A stretch of 64,000 bases of DNA from Paraspadella gotoi (Eukaryota; Animalia; Chaetognatha). The notes under the pieces are model-generated. The model worked only from the letters and a program-made list of their open reading frames with translations, was not told where the DNA came from and did no database searches. The stretch lies in the NCBI GenBank assembly GCA_051294375.1, contig CM119268.1, forward strand, positions 6,391,525 through 6,455,524, read 5' to 3'. Shown here in pieces: positions 22,985-36,449 of this stretch. The translations under genes were made by a program, and so were the position numbers. Position 1 is the stretch's first letter; each line of letters starts with the position of its first letter.

Positions 22985-25537
22985 TCAGTATTTGCAATGT
23001 TTTATGAAATCCTCGACGGCGGCGATTTCCTCATTGCGCAACGGTCCGGTTATATCGCGGTTTTCGATGAGCGGAAGAAACAAACGGATGAACTCCTCCG
23101 TGTATGGCGGAGAGATCATGTCCAAAACTTCCGTCACAAAGTGACGAATCAGTGAAACGTCGGTGTCTTGTTTCTCCCAGCACTTTTTGATGTAACTTGA
23201 GAGAAGAGGGAGCGGTTACCAAAAAATGTGACAGTAAAAACAAACAAAAATTTATCAGTTCTCAAAACTCACGTCATGACAGGGATCACGAAGCCTTTGG
23301 ACAGGAGATGGACCATCCGATCCAGCAGAGTCTTTTTAAGTTCCATTTGCACCAAAATTTCGAGTTCAGGCATCGGTTTTTCAAAAAGACGAACAAGCAA
23401 CTGGAGTATTCTGTAAAATTAAAATTAAATTCAAATAAAATGAACGAACACAAGAAACACGAAAATTATAACGCTTATCCCGTTTACCTTTGATGCAAAA
23501 GCGGATGACACTCCGCGATTTCGTCTATGAGAGCGAGATGTAAGGGCGTGTGATCCGTCATGAGATTGAAGTAACTCGAGTCGGAGACGGTAAAGTCCAC
23601 CCAACGCAACACGCCCACGGCGACGACGGGAAAACGAATGCATCTGGCAATGATCAAATCGAATTTTTCTGTTTTGAAGGTCAGTTTTTGGCCCATTTTA
23701 AGGGAGGTGGGAAATATAAAACATATCTCGTAATCGATTTCAGGAAACATTTCCCTTTACTGCTAAACCTGTACAAAGTCCCAACATCGGAAATCAACTC
23801 GGACGATCCCTTGTTCTCTTTGCAGATCTCGTGAACTTTCTCGATGGCGTCAAGGGTGGCTTTCAATTCATCCCTGTTGACGCTCTTCCTTTGGCGCGTC
23901 TTCTTGTTGAACGTGTCCGCAACACTGGCCGCGTACGCCAACAAGTAGATGTACTTGGGTTTGTGATCGGGATTGATCCGCGATCTGTAGAGGGGTTCGC
24001 AATATTGATTGGTTGATTGTCTGAGACCTTATTGATTTTCGATACTAGCTCATGACAACCCTCCAAAAAAAACTAAAATCACTTCCTCTCCAACCCCCCC
24101 CCCTAATCCAGTCAATCGCAATCACGAACCCAGGAACGAAGAGGGCGTCCACCAACAAGTCGAGGAAACGCGGGTATCGAATGAGTTCGACCGGCGGCGG
24201 TTCGGCACCACCGGACGAATCGCCTTTCGACGAATACAAAGTGTAAAGTTTGGAAATGTCCGAGGGGTTCAGAGCCTTTTTGGTCAGCATGGAAGAGAGG
24301 GCGGAGAAAGCGACGGGGTAGGCGGAGGCGCCAGAGAGTGTCATGGAGACGGGGGTCACGTCGATCCCAGAATCGCTGGCTTGACTTTGAACTTCCTAAA
24401 GTAAACAGATTAAAGAATTCAACATTTATTATCGTTTTGAGCGTTACTTGCCTGCATTAATCGCTTGACGATGGCTCCGCCTTTTGGTTCCTGGGATAGC
24501 ATGTGAAGAATTACCATGCTGTAAAGGTAGGTGTGCTCGCTGTGGCAAACCTGCGTTAAGAATTAAGTAATCAAGAATCAGTTATTACTCAATGGTTAAA
24601 TCTCTCTCTAAACGACAATGCGAACCGACCATTTTTGTGAATTTTTTCAACTGGCTTCCCGTCATGGCCTCGTCTCCAGCTTCGAGAAATGCGGTCACGG
24701 TTGTTTTAAAAACTCTCGAAAAAACCTAAGGAAGATAAAGAAAATTGAATATTATACAGGCCAAATAACTAATATCAGGGGATTCTGGGAAACTTAGTGA
24801 TTTCCAACCTCGATTTGTTGACTGGCGGTTGTTACAGAGGTGATTTCGCCCTGATAGCCGGCGTCCGATATCGATTTGATGGTAAAATTTAACATGAGAC
24901 ATTCTGGATACTCCTCCGCCAGTTGGTAGAACAGAGTTCGCCACGTTGGATGAGCTATCATTTCTTGCAGCCAACTGGGCGGCTCACCTGAAATCATTTA
25001 CAGAATACTAATTAAGTAAACGAGTTGACGTCTGCTCCAGAGCCAAAATTTTTTTTCAACAAACGTTTACCGGCGTCGGAGAAAATCGAATCCGCTTTTT
25101 TCGAGTCAAAGTTCTTGCGGATGATGTTTTTCAAATGCTCCTCGATGGTTTCCTGGACTTCGGAGATGTCGGCTCCCAAGAGAAGCAGCCACTCCGCCAC
25201 AAGATTCGCCATCTAAGGAGAGGAGGAGTAAATATTTAATTATCTATAATTAAAATCTCTATAAAAGAGATTGTTAATTAAAGATAAAATACTCGAACTA
25301 TACCTGTGCGATTCCGGTGTAGTTTTCTGAGAGAAGCTCGACGACCATCTCGGGGCTTCCGCCGGCTTGAAAGTAACGCGAGAGAGTCAGGAAGATTGTG
25401 GGCTCCATGATGAAATCCGGTTGAGCAAAGTTTTTTAGACTTTCTTCTTGAATCTGTTTGTTGCTGTAAGAGTCGAAGGCTTCAGGGTCCGTGACATAAT
25501 CGTCGTCGGCGTCAGAGTCTGTGGAGGCTTCCATCAT
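22985..25537 (-). CDS. NELFCD: Negative elongation factor C/D (TH1L), 10 exons
   Basis: Motifs [130 protein letters not shown]. Confidence 0.97.
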
Positions 25538-28199
25538 CGATTTGGGAAGGCGCGACGGTAAGATGTAAGCGATTCGTTTTAAGCTGCAGCCCTAAAAAAT
25601 TACCAATAACAATGTTTTTTTCATTTCTAGATATTACGAAAACGTTAATGACGATTATCAAATGGTTTTAGCAATCAACGTTCTTAAGAAATAATAATCG
25701 ATTAAAAACAGTCAAAAAATAAAGCAACGATTTTTCATTTTTGATGTTCAAACGTCAGGGATGGAGTTATGGTATTAGATATAAAGAGAGACATCAGATC
25801 AACGACAATAATAAATTTCGCTTCATTGGCAATGCCTCAATGGTTCGAAATAACGATGAGGTATTGGCTGACGGAATAAAAGGTAGGGCTTCAATCAACG
25901 AGGCAGCATTGTTAGGTGAAGAATTCGCAAAATTGATGCCGTTGGCTGAAGATGAGGATATTACGTATAAAAGAGAGAAAGAGACAAACGTCGATATCTC
26001 CTATATAAAAGAGCATCTGAGTTTTTGATATTCGTCTGGACTTTACATATATATGGTTTAAAACGTTATCAGAGCCTTGATAAATACCATTAAACGATAG
26101 TTTTTCGTCAAAGACATTTCAAAACAGCCCAAAGAAACAACTGACATCGATAAAACTGACTCCGTAACAGGACAAGAAATTGTTCCTCTCACTCAAAGCA
26201 CAACATTTATCACGGTGAAAGCAGCATGGGTTCAGCAGGGTCTCAACATAAATTTACCACTACAACAAGCAATTGTTAAGACCGAGTTATAATTGCAACA
26301 ACACGCAATTAAAAATACCTTTTTGCACCGATGTCAAGCATAAATTTGCCCGCAACACGTTTTAGACCCATAGCATAGGTTTCTTTTTTCAACGAAAAAT
26401 GTGGAGAGCAGAACCGGGAACTCTTGGTTGTTGTTGTTGTTGTTGAGCGGGCGAGCGAGCGGTTTTATCAGCAGAAGACGAAGAAGGAGAAAAAGAGAAA
26501 GAATAAAGAGAAGAAGAAGAAGAAGTTTTTTTTCTCCTTCTTTCTTTTTCTCTTCAAGATCAACAAAAGGGAATCGCTGTTTCCGAACCTTCGCCTCGTC
26601 CTCATCGTACCTTGCACTTCATCATTACCATTGGTCCCGAGTAGTACAAAATTTAAAGCTATATTACTCATGTCATGATTCTTTTCTCTGAATATTTTCT
26701 CTGAGCATGATGAGTAAGTGCTTAGGTACCTAAAGTTATTTTATAGGACGGTGGCCCAACTGACAATTTCAATAAACTTTTGAAATGAACTTTAGGCCTG
26801 AACTTTTGTTCCAAATTTAGAAGAAACCTAAATATATATTGACGATCCTCTTCTTTAGTACATTGATGTTAAAAAGTAACATAATTGTAAACATATGTTC
26901 TCATTTTGTAGGAATGATAAATCTAATTTGCTTTGTTGGACATAATGGACATAAACTCTAGTAGTTCGTCGATCTTATTTACCTTTTGTAAAAGTGTTTA
27001 AAAATATAAACAATCGATATTTGTTTACAAACAATACTGTTCGTTGTTATTTCATTACTCTGTTTAACCATGACTTCCTTTATACAGATTGGGATAATAA
27101 TGATAAGCCATCGTCGGGGTTTATAGATGGTATATGTGTGGTTTATTTGCGTGGCTAAGCCGAGCTTACCTGAGAGATATATTGATTGCTTACCGATGCT
27201 TGCTTTTTCTTACCTCCAGTTCTAGTTAATGCTCGTTCCAAAAGACTGGCGTTTTACCTGATTAATATCTGCGATATTGATACTCTCAGAAGGTGAGCGA
27301 GAGACGGAAAACCCCACTTATCACTGGTGCATCGTCCAGTTCTTTTGTGTCAGAATCCCGGGTATCCCCCTCGTCCACACCCTGTGGTGCGGATGCTTTG
27401 TCACCCTTAAATCTGTTGGGTGATTCTGAGGCACTTCATAAGTGGTACCCAACAAAATCCATCAGCAGACCTGTTCAATTTAATAGACCCAATTTCTCTA
27501 GGGTTTTGAGTAGGCTGTGAAGACTACGGCTCTTTTCATCATTTTTCATCTGCAGATGCTCTCGTGTGAATTTTGAGTGCTTTTAGCTGATTCTTGTTGA
27601 TCCATTCGTTTTGGCTGATGCTTATGCCGGGGAAACCTGTAACGTTTGGCTATTCTGTTCTCACTTGATCGCACTAACCGGAAGAGTTCTCCTGAAGTCG
27701 GAGGTGGAAATGCGCTATACTGCCTATCCTCACGTGGCACAATTCCGTCACGTGATCGTAAGTCCGCCTCTGCGGCATTTTGTTGCGCACCCCAATATCC
27801 CCCCCAATAAGTCCTTGGCAATCCCTGACCCCCTGACTAAGCTTGACGTGTAATCAACCTTGCCTTTGATTTCTTTTATTCTCACTCCGTTTGGATTCTG
27901 GATTGAGTTTGGTCGACCTTTGTTTTTAAAGCCCCGGCGATGTGCTATTGTGAAGGACTAACTCTAACTTTAACATTTGCTTCCAAAACTTTTTTCGTGG
28001 ATATTCCAACTTTTAATTGGTGTGACATCTACATTCTTCTGACCCTTTCCTCCTCCGGTATTTTAGCTGGCAATACAAATCTCCCCCCTCCCACCGATCC
28101 TTTCGTGGAAAAATCCTGATCTTGTTATTAAATGGCTGTGTCCCAAACTGACCGTGCTGCTTCCACGATTGGTGTGGAAACCCTTAAATTCTTAGAAAG

Positions 28200-28700
28200 A
28201 TGATTTTGAAGAGTGGATCAATGTTTGAGAATGCCGTTTTTCTTACAACTAACCCATCCACAGAGGAAAAACGATCTCAGTTTTTAATGAGCTGGTTGCC
28301 TTTTAAATTGGACGCACCAGCTAGACAAATTTATAAGCAAAAGACTAAAGGTAATTATCCTGAGTTGAAAGTAGAATTGATTGGTTTGTTTGGTGATCCT
28401 CAGGATACGTATAATTTTTTGGCTAAGAAAAAGATCATAAAAGGGGATGGTGAAGAATCGTTTTATGCTCTAGCTTCTCGTGTCATTACTTTCGTGACTT
28501 TTTGTATCTGGGACTTTTTCTAAAATTTAAAAACGTTTTTTTTAAATTTGATTTTTGAAGATTTGATTCTTATGAAATCTTGGTAAGAAAATTCTAAAGG
28601 CACGGTAGATAAAATTCAACTAAAGGTTTGAATACTTTATCGAATCTAAAGAATTTGACTCACTGGTGGAAGTTGCGCCATTACTTGATATTATTAAGGT
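28200..28700 (+). mobile_element. Degenerate Ty3/Gypsy-type Gag (capsid) fragment
   Basis: The translation FE..K..L..LDAPARQIY..NYPELKVELIGLFGD..GEESFYALASRV resembles the retrotransposon gag capsid pattern. Downstream frames contain stops and frameshifts (..FIESKEFDSLVEVA). Confidence 0.55.
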
Positions 28701-29125
28701 TACCGTCACGTAACCTATGTTTAATTTTTTATCACTACTTTTTCCGGTACAGCTTGAACGATTACGTGCGTTTCCACAATTAACTAATTGTAAGGTAGTA
28801 ACAAATAAGTTAACCAAAATAAAAATTGCCGAGCATTCATTACTTTAATTTTACAGAAGGAAGAAATAGTATATCAAATTACAAAAATTCGTTTTACTTT
28901 AAGAGAAGACAAATCGAATTAAAACTATAGGTTATTGCATTTATTTTCGGAGAAACACTAGCTCATAACTCGGGGGAATAGCTTTATAAAACACATATTG
29001 TTTAAAAATAAATAAAATATACAATGATTACTTGATTAGTTCTAAAACGAAATTTTGGACAAGAAAAACTATTCAATCAGTGCCGAAATAAATGCAAAAA
29101 CCCGCTTCATTAAATAAATTAACTA

Positions 29126-32100
29126 TTAAGACTGTTCAGCCGATATGGCCTTGTGATTGTTTCGATGTCTTTCCATTTGCTTCCGAAGCCAAAAGGTTTT
29201 CACGCAGTTCGCTTCCTCGCACAATAACTTCTTCAACTTTCCGTGCACCATGAGGAAGTGATCCGACATGGCCTTGTTAGAGTTACACTGCGTCATGCAC
29301 TGCGGGCAGACGGTCTTGCAGTAGTACTCCTCCAGATGCTCCAGCAGATGGCGCTTGTGGTCTTCGGTCCCGTGCACCAAGTACACGCTGCAAAAGTGGC
29401 ACTGACTCTTGAGAACCTTGGCGCCGCTGCCGTCCTCGTCGGCATCAACCTCGACCTTGACGGCGACCGGCGCCCCGAATGACGGCGCGTCTCGTAGCAG
29501 CACGTCCGGCGCGATCGCCTCTCCGTTCTCCCGCGAGTGTCGCGCCACCGTGAGCGGCGGGTGCGGCGGGGCGGTGGTGACGGGCGCGTAGCCGTTAGTG
29601 GCGGCATCGTAAGGAAGTCGGCTCGTCGTCGACAGATCTTGAGGGACGACGGCCACTGATTGAATGAACTCCACTCGTCCCTCGGGTTGAGAGTCGTAGC
29701 AATAAGCGGCGGCGGGACAGGACGGCGCGTGACCGTAGCCGAAGTGGGAATGATGGAGCTGGGAGTGGTGATGGGGTGCAGGGTGATGGGAGTGTGGATG
29801 ATGGACGTCTTGACGGTAGGATGATCGATCGTAAGGAGACGCCACCCGCCGATCGTCCACGTCGACGATGGCGTCGCTGACTTCGATTCGCGCCATGTCC
29901 GTCGACGTCGACGTGTCCTGTAAAGCCGTTGTCGTTGTTCGTTAATCAATAAAACGCTATATATTTTATAAAATAATCAGGAGGTAAATCAGTCAAAACA
30001 ATCACCTGGTACGCAACGTCCATTGGAGTCTCGGCGTCGGGTGAATCGTCCTTCCAATTCTCCTCGTCGTTGAGAGATCGACGGACGGCGCCGTCGACGA
30101 TCGGCGCGTTGACCGACGGTCGAATCGATTCTGAGAACAAAACGCTTGGCTTTTATTATTACGAAATAATTTTACGTAAAAGAATATTACGCTTAATATG
30201 TTTCTTGTGGTAGTTCGAATGAATATTTCCCTAAAATTATGAATATAGTGTTTATTGACTGAAAAAGAAGTTCCGCAGAATTTGTTATTGACTGTGAAAA
30301 AATGTTATTAAGTTACTGGTTATTTAAGAAAATAATTTACTCGCTGTGTTAAAAATTCTTTTATTAAATATGTCAGTCATTATTTAAATGAATGTTTAGC
30401 TAAATCTGTTACTGATTTTTAAATAACATGTTGGTTGCATATTTCGCTGCATGCTTAATCGAGAAGTGTAGAAAACAGTAACCCACCTACTATCGGCGGG
30501 TAAACGTCTTGATATGGGTCGGTATAATTCTCTGGAATCATTCGCGGTTTGTCTCCACGTGATGCGGAAGGTCTACCTCGGCGCGTGAATCGCGAACAAG
30601 GACCTGAGAGAGAGAGAGAAAAGAGTAGATTTCTAAATAAATTCTTTTGATTTTAATAATGTTTAAATTTTACTCACCTTCTCTCACGTGTCTATTGAGA
30701 TCTGTTAAATAGTTAAAGGCTTTAGCGCAAGTGTGACATTTGAAGACGGTGTGGAAGTGGCGACGATGAACGTGGGCCACCAGCCCGCCACGACTGTTGT
30801 ACTCCACGTGGCACTTGGTGCAAACCCACGACTTTTTCTCTGGTGTCTCCACCACGTTGATGTATTCCTGCAAAGGAAAAAAAAAAGCAATCAATCAATC
30901 ATTCATTTTAGTAATTCAAATTATCCTGTCACTAATCAAAATCCCCGTAGATTGACGTCACCCGTGATATATTCAAATCATAAGCATGAAACTTGAGATC
31001 CGTTAAAATCACGTGTGGTTAAAACAAGAAATCACTTGTATTGTTCAAGTAAATCATGTGAGTAGAAATAAATTTTAAAAAGCCCGTGACAATCTACCAA
31101 TCAACCAATTATTAAAATAACAATTATTGAGCGAACTAATTCTACCTTCATTCGTTCGTTCTTGGCGGCTAGATCGGCCTCCTTCGATTCGTCGTCGTCG
31201 TCATCCACGAACGATTCGGGGGGAGGCACCGGTCGCTCCGATTGGATGGCTGTAAAGTTTTGAAAATTATCCGTTACACTAAACAGAAAACATTAAAAAA
31301 CATGTATGTGATATGTGCATACCATTTTGGTTGGAATCTTCGACATGACTCGATTCCATATCACTCTTGTGTCTGCTTCGTGAATTCTCACTTTTTTCAG
31401 GAGACGACTCGTCCGTTTCTGGAGTTGAAAGTGAATCATATTGATTTAACTTGGAGCCCACAACAACGGTACAATCGAAATGTCTTTTTTTTTACCCGGT
31501 TTCCCGTCTTCCGGTTTGCCGGTACAAACGTCCTCGTGCCTGACCCGGTTCTTGCGCCATTTGAGCGTCTTGCCGCATTTCTGGCAATCGTAGCTTTTGT
31601 TGAGGTGAATGGAATCCTCGTGGCCGTGCCAATTGGCGTAGGTGAGGTACTTGTCGCAAGACGTGCACATCACTTTGTTGCCCACCTGAGATCGAGATGC
31701 GGAATTGATTCACGATTTAAATTGTGATTGCGCGTGAATATAGAATATTAATTTCTTAAAAGAATAAAAAATGTGAAAAAAATAAATAATTGACTTACCC
31801 AGACGTATCTCTTTCTGAACTGTAAGGCTCGAGCCTCGCGGTGACTGGCGCTATCCTCCGTCTCGTCTCCTTCCTCGTATTCTTCTTGATTGTCTTCCGT
31901 TTCTCCTTCTCCGTTCTCCTTTCCTTCCTCCATCCTCTTCTCCTCGCTCTCCGATATCTCCCTCTCTCTCTCCCTCCCTCCGCCCAACAGTTCCTCGTGT
32001 TTGTATCTCATGTGGTTCTCGTGTGCCTGAAAAAAAAAAAAAAAAACACTTTTAAAATTTAAAAAAGTTCGCCCCAATGGGGAGTATGAAAAGTATTAAC

Positions 32101-34272
32101 AATTTGGGATTTACGAATTGAATTAAATTATTCAAATAATCATTTATAATAAACACTATTTATACAAATTCGGTGTAAAGTGCTGAAAAATTCAGTAATT
32201 AAATAAAAGTATAATAATATCTGAGTTTTAGTCCAATAATAATTACAGCAGTAAATCAGTACATAATTAGTAAACAATCTTCCGATACCTGAGGTCCGAA
32301 GCAGTCGATGTTGCAAAACTTGCAACGAATAACTTCGTCCTCCCGCGAGTCGAAGGCGTCGTCTTCGCCCAATCGACGAGACGCTTCGGAAGACCGGGTC
32401 AGGTCGACCCCGGTTGGAGGCGTCTCCACCGGGTAGCAAGAGCGGGTCAGGTCGTAGCCCATGGGTCGCGTCATATCGATCCCGCCGGAGCGAGTCATAT
32501 CGACGTTGCCGGAGCGAGACAAGTCCAAGTTTCCCGAAGGCGACATGCCGACGCTGCCGGAGCGCGACAGGTCCACGCTGCCGGAGCGGCCAGGAGTTTC
32601 CCTCTCGGACCTCGCGTCAAGTCCTCTGTATCGCGACATCTCGAGGCCGCGCGATTGGCTCATGTCGACTCCGGAACGAGACTCGTCGACGCCGCGGTAG
32701 TGGCTCGGGTCGACGCCGCCGGAATGAGCGGCGACGACGCCGCCGCCGGTCGGGCTCCGCTTGGGCGGCGGGTTCGAGTGAAGCAGCGTCATGTGACGGT
32801 TGAGATTCCAAGTGGAGTAGAACTGCTTGTCGCAGAATTGACAGCTGAGTCCGACGGAGACGGGCACGGGGCGGGCGTAGGGGTGGAAGGGGTTGAGGGA
32901 GGGGCGGGGGGAGGGGGCGGAGGGGAGTCGGGATTGTCCGTCGCCTCGTGCGTCTCGGCGTCCGTGCTGTTAAGCCAGGGATGGGGGGGGGGAATTGTGA
33001 ATTGTTTTATTGATGTTTTGATCGCTTTTAATATCGGATTATCGGCCATAATAATTACGTTTAAAAAATTTAAAAATTGCTAATTTCGTTATAATCATTG
33101 GATAAACATAAATGTAATTGTATATCTGAATTTAAAGGAACTCAATAAAAAAAGAATAATTTGAGAAAAAAAAGTTTAGACAATAAAAACGCTTTATCTG
33201 TCGTCCCTTTGTACAAATATGTGACTATTTTAAGATAAAGCAGATTAAATTTGCCTCGTATAAGAGGTCAGTTACAGAATAATAATGTTAGATTAAAACT
33301 TGAATCGCCCAACCTTTTTTCTAAAAAACTCATGTACGAATTGAAAAGAATCGAAGAAAAAAAAGTAATTCGGTTGGATTTCCGACAGAGAAAATCGAGA
33401 TGTAATACACAACATTATCCAGCTTACACCCAAAAAAGGTAAGATTCATCATAATTTAAGGTAATGATTTATTCCTTTAAGAACAATCCGGCGAAAGCAT
33501 AAGTATCGGAAAAAAAAAATTGAGCCAAAATTGGAGCATCAAAACGATGAAATTGGTACAACCAATATAAAAATTATCCATTCATTTAATAAATAAGCTA
33601 TCTTGCCCCTGACTTTGGACAGGCTTTGGTGGTTTAAGGCCTCCATCACTCTTACAAGATAATGACATAGCAGGTCCCTGCAAGCTTTCAATCAAGACTC
33701 TCTCACAGTCTCGTTTATTCACTCCCAGAGTACCTGGCTTCCCTATCAATGAAGTGGAAAATATTTCAAAGAATGTTTCAATTGTATGAAATTCAATTGT
33801 ATTCAATTGTATATAATTTAGTACCTTCCTTCCTCGGATCCCGTGCTCTTCTCGCTGCCCGGATTGAACCGCTTTCTCTTCCGCTGGCTCGAATCCGGGT
33901 CGCCTTCGAGCACACCCTCCAGCGTTCCGTCGACGCCGTCCTCGACACCGTCGTCGCCCTCGTCCTCTGCCGAAGCCCTAGAGATCCTTTTGATGATTTT
34001 CTTTTGGCGCTCGTGAACGCGGACGGCGTGCTGGTAGGCGGGTGGCGCGCTATAGCGGGGAAAGTAGAGGGAGGGGGTTGGCGTTAACGTTAAAAAAAAC
34101 CTTGCGCAAATATGACGAAAGGAAAAAAAATGCAATATACAACTTACCTATTGAACGAGCGATTACAGACGGTACAAATATAGACGCAATGAAGATGAGC
34201 CGAGTTTATATGCATCCAGCGTTTTGCGTAAGACGAAAAGTATTCTTTACAGTATCGACATTTAAATTCCAT
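29126..34272 (-). CDS. Multi-C2H2 zinc-finger protein (about 11 dispersed fingers, 11 exons), with one apparent frameshift in a poly-C tract
   Basis: Starts MEFKCRYCKEYF..MHINSAH. Further fingers include CTVC..HAVRVH, CQFC..HMTLLH, CKFC..HMRYKH, CTSC, CQKC, CTKC, CHTC, CHFC, CPQC and CEEANC..H..H. Introns are canonical and phase-compatible apart from a frame break at ~32880-32930. Confidence 0.85.
33545..33760 (-). repeat. Dispersed repeat, possibly a SINE 3' part (other copies at ~43143-43243 in inverted orientation and ~61685-61795)
   Basis: The shared core ATTGGTACAACCAATATA..TATCTTGCCCCTGACTTTGG..GGTTTAAGGCCTCCAT occurs at three independent loci. Confidence 0.65.
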
Positions 34273-34489
34273 ATTGGTGAGAAAACGGAATATTAATTGT
34301 TTTTTTTTTCTTCTTTTTATTACTGTATCATTGACGAATGTTCTTTATTTCGTACGATAAAAAAAATTTTTTTAACCCAAGCATTTTTTTTTCTCTTTCT
34401 CTCTCTTTCTCTCTCTTCGCCAATCTGTTAAAAATCCAGGCGTGGTGGGTATTCATAATAAAATCTAAAACGAAGGGAATATGAGCTTG

Positions 34490-34530
34490 TGATTGGTAAA
34501 AAATAAAAAAACTCGAGCTCTGATTGGATA
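34490..34530 (-). promoter_or_regulatory. Tandem CCAAT boxes upstream of the zinc-finger gene
   Basis: TGATTGG (CCAATCA on the minus strand) occurs twice with ATTGG at 34492 and 34523. They are 31 bp apart and about 220-250 bp upstream of the ATG, typical of NF-Y promoters. Confidence 0.45.
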
Positions 34531-34566
34531 CGTGCCGACGTTACTGATCCTCTTCTTAACGCGTTT

Positions 34567-34682
34567 CAGAGAGAGAGAGAGAGCGAGAGAGAGAAAGAGA
34601 GAGGAGAGAGAAAAAGAGAAAGAGCGGAGAGAGAAGCGAAGAGAATAAAAATAAGCAACAGCAGAGAGCGAGCTCGAGAGAA

Positions 34683-34724
<42 letters not shown>

Positions 34725-34740
34725 AGAGAGAGAGGGACCG

Positions 34741-34812
<72 letters not shown>

Positions 34813-34867
34813 AGAGAGCGAGAGAGAGAGAGAGACACCGAGAGAAAGAGAGACGAGAGAGAAATCG

Positions 34868-34910
<43 letters not shown>

Positions 34911-35034
34911 CCGGAGCACAGAAAGAAGAAAGACGCGTAGCAGAGAGGCAGAAGGAGAGATAAGAGAAAAATGAAAAGAAAGAGCTGTATGCAGTTGAGA
35001 GAGAGAAGAGAGAGAGAGAAAAAAAAACGAGATA

Positions 35035-35066
<32 letters not shown>

Positions 35067-35080
35067 GCGAGAGAGAGAGC
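34567..35080. repeat. (AG)n / (AAAG)n microsatellite tract
   Basis: Directly visible. Confidence 0.95.
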
Positions 35081-35660
35081 CAACGAATGAGGGTTTTTTT
35101 TTTCTCTTTCTTTTTTTTTCATCTTTCTTTCTGATTCATAAAGGGCCTTTTTTCTCTTTTGATTGAGAAAGAAAAAGAAGAGAGAGAGAAAAAGGCGATA
35201 TTCCCTGATTTTTTTTTTACAGTGAAAATAATGTAAGAGAATAAGATAAAAATAACGCATTTACCTCATCTATTTCTGTCAACGCGTCTGCTCATCGCTC
35301 TCTCTCACTCTCGCTTTTTTAAAAAACTTTCTCTTCCCCATAAGATAACTTTCTCCCGTACGTAGTTAATTGACCGAACCGACTATGGAACCTAAAGCGT
35401 AACATATTCGCTCAAACCCTAATTAAACTTTTCTTCCGAATCCGACCAACTTCAAAAAAACACGTTTTTTTCCTCTCTCTCTCTCTCTCTTCTTTTAATC
35501 CCAACTCCATGCTCCACATCTCTTTAACTTTTTTTTCGTTTTTCGCTTTTCCTCCTCAAAGAAGAAGAATCCCATCTCGCGATTCCAAATCGCGAAAAAA
35601 AAGAGACAAACTATTATCCACAAACACCTTCTCCCCCCTTCCTCCCCCTCCCACACTTCT

Positions 35661-35698
<38 letters not shown>

Positions 35699-36321
35699 GT
35701 TCGAGAGCCGAATTGGCGAAGAAAAACTTTGGAGAGAGAGAATGAGCGCGAGGAGGAAATTATCGGGAGAGGGACACAAACGCCGAAAGGAAGAAAAAGA
35801 AAGTCGAGGGAATCTCGGAACTCGTCCGTCTCTCTCTCAATCGCGCTCTCTCTCCCTCTTTTTTTTTTTTCTCTCTATATATGGAGCGAAGTACAAATCG
35901 CCGCCTTTTTATTCTGTCTCTCTTTGCGCGGAAACTGAAGACGGAAAAGCGAAGAGCGGAGTACCGGGGTCCGTGTGGCGACGACCGTTTTCTGAGTTGG
36001 GCGTCTTGATGTCCGTTGTCTTTTGTCAATCTCTTTCTTTTTTCGAACAGTTTTTTTTTTTAGTTGGTTCGCGATAAAGAACAAAAAATCCATCGAGACA
36101 CCGAGATTATTTCCGTAATGTGGAAAAAATCGAGTCAAGTACTGAATCAGTACTACTGATATCTGAGTAAAATTAACAAAACATAGCTATTAATTATCCT
36201 GTAATATAGTTTCTTAGGTACTCCTACTGTTCTAAGCTTTGCACGTAAATCGCTACGATTTCTTATTCCGCTCTGCATTGAATCGTAAATCGTCTCTATT
36301 CGCGATATATCTGGGGGAGTT

Positions 36322-36397
36322 TTGTGTGTGTGTCTCTCTCTCTGTCGCTCTCTCTCTCTCTTTCTTTCGCTATCTCTCTCTCGCTTGTTACTCCTCT

Positions 36398-36449
<52 letters not shown>

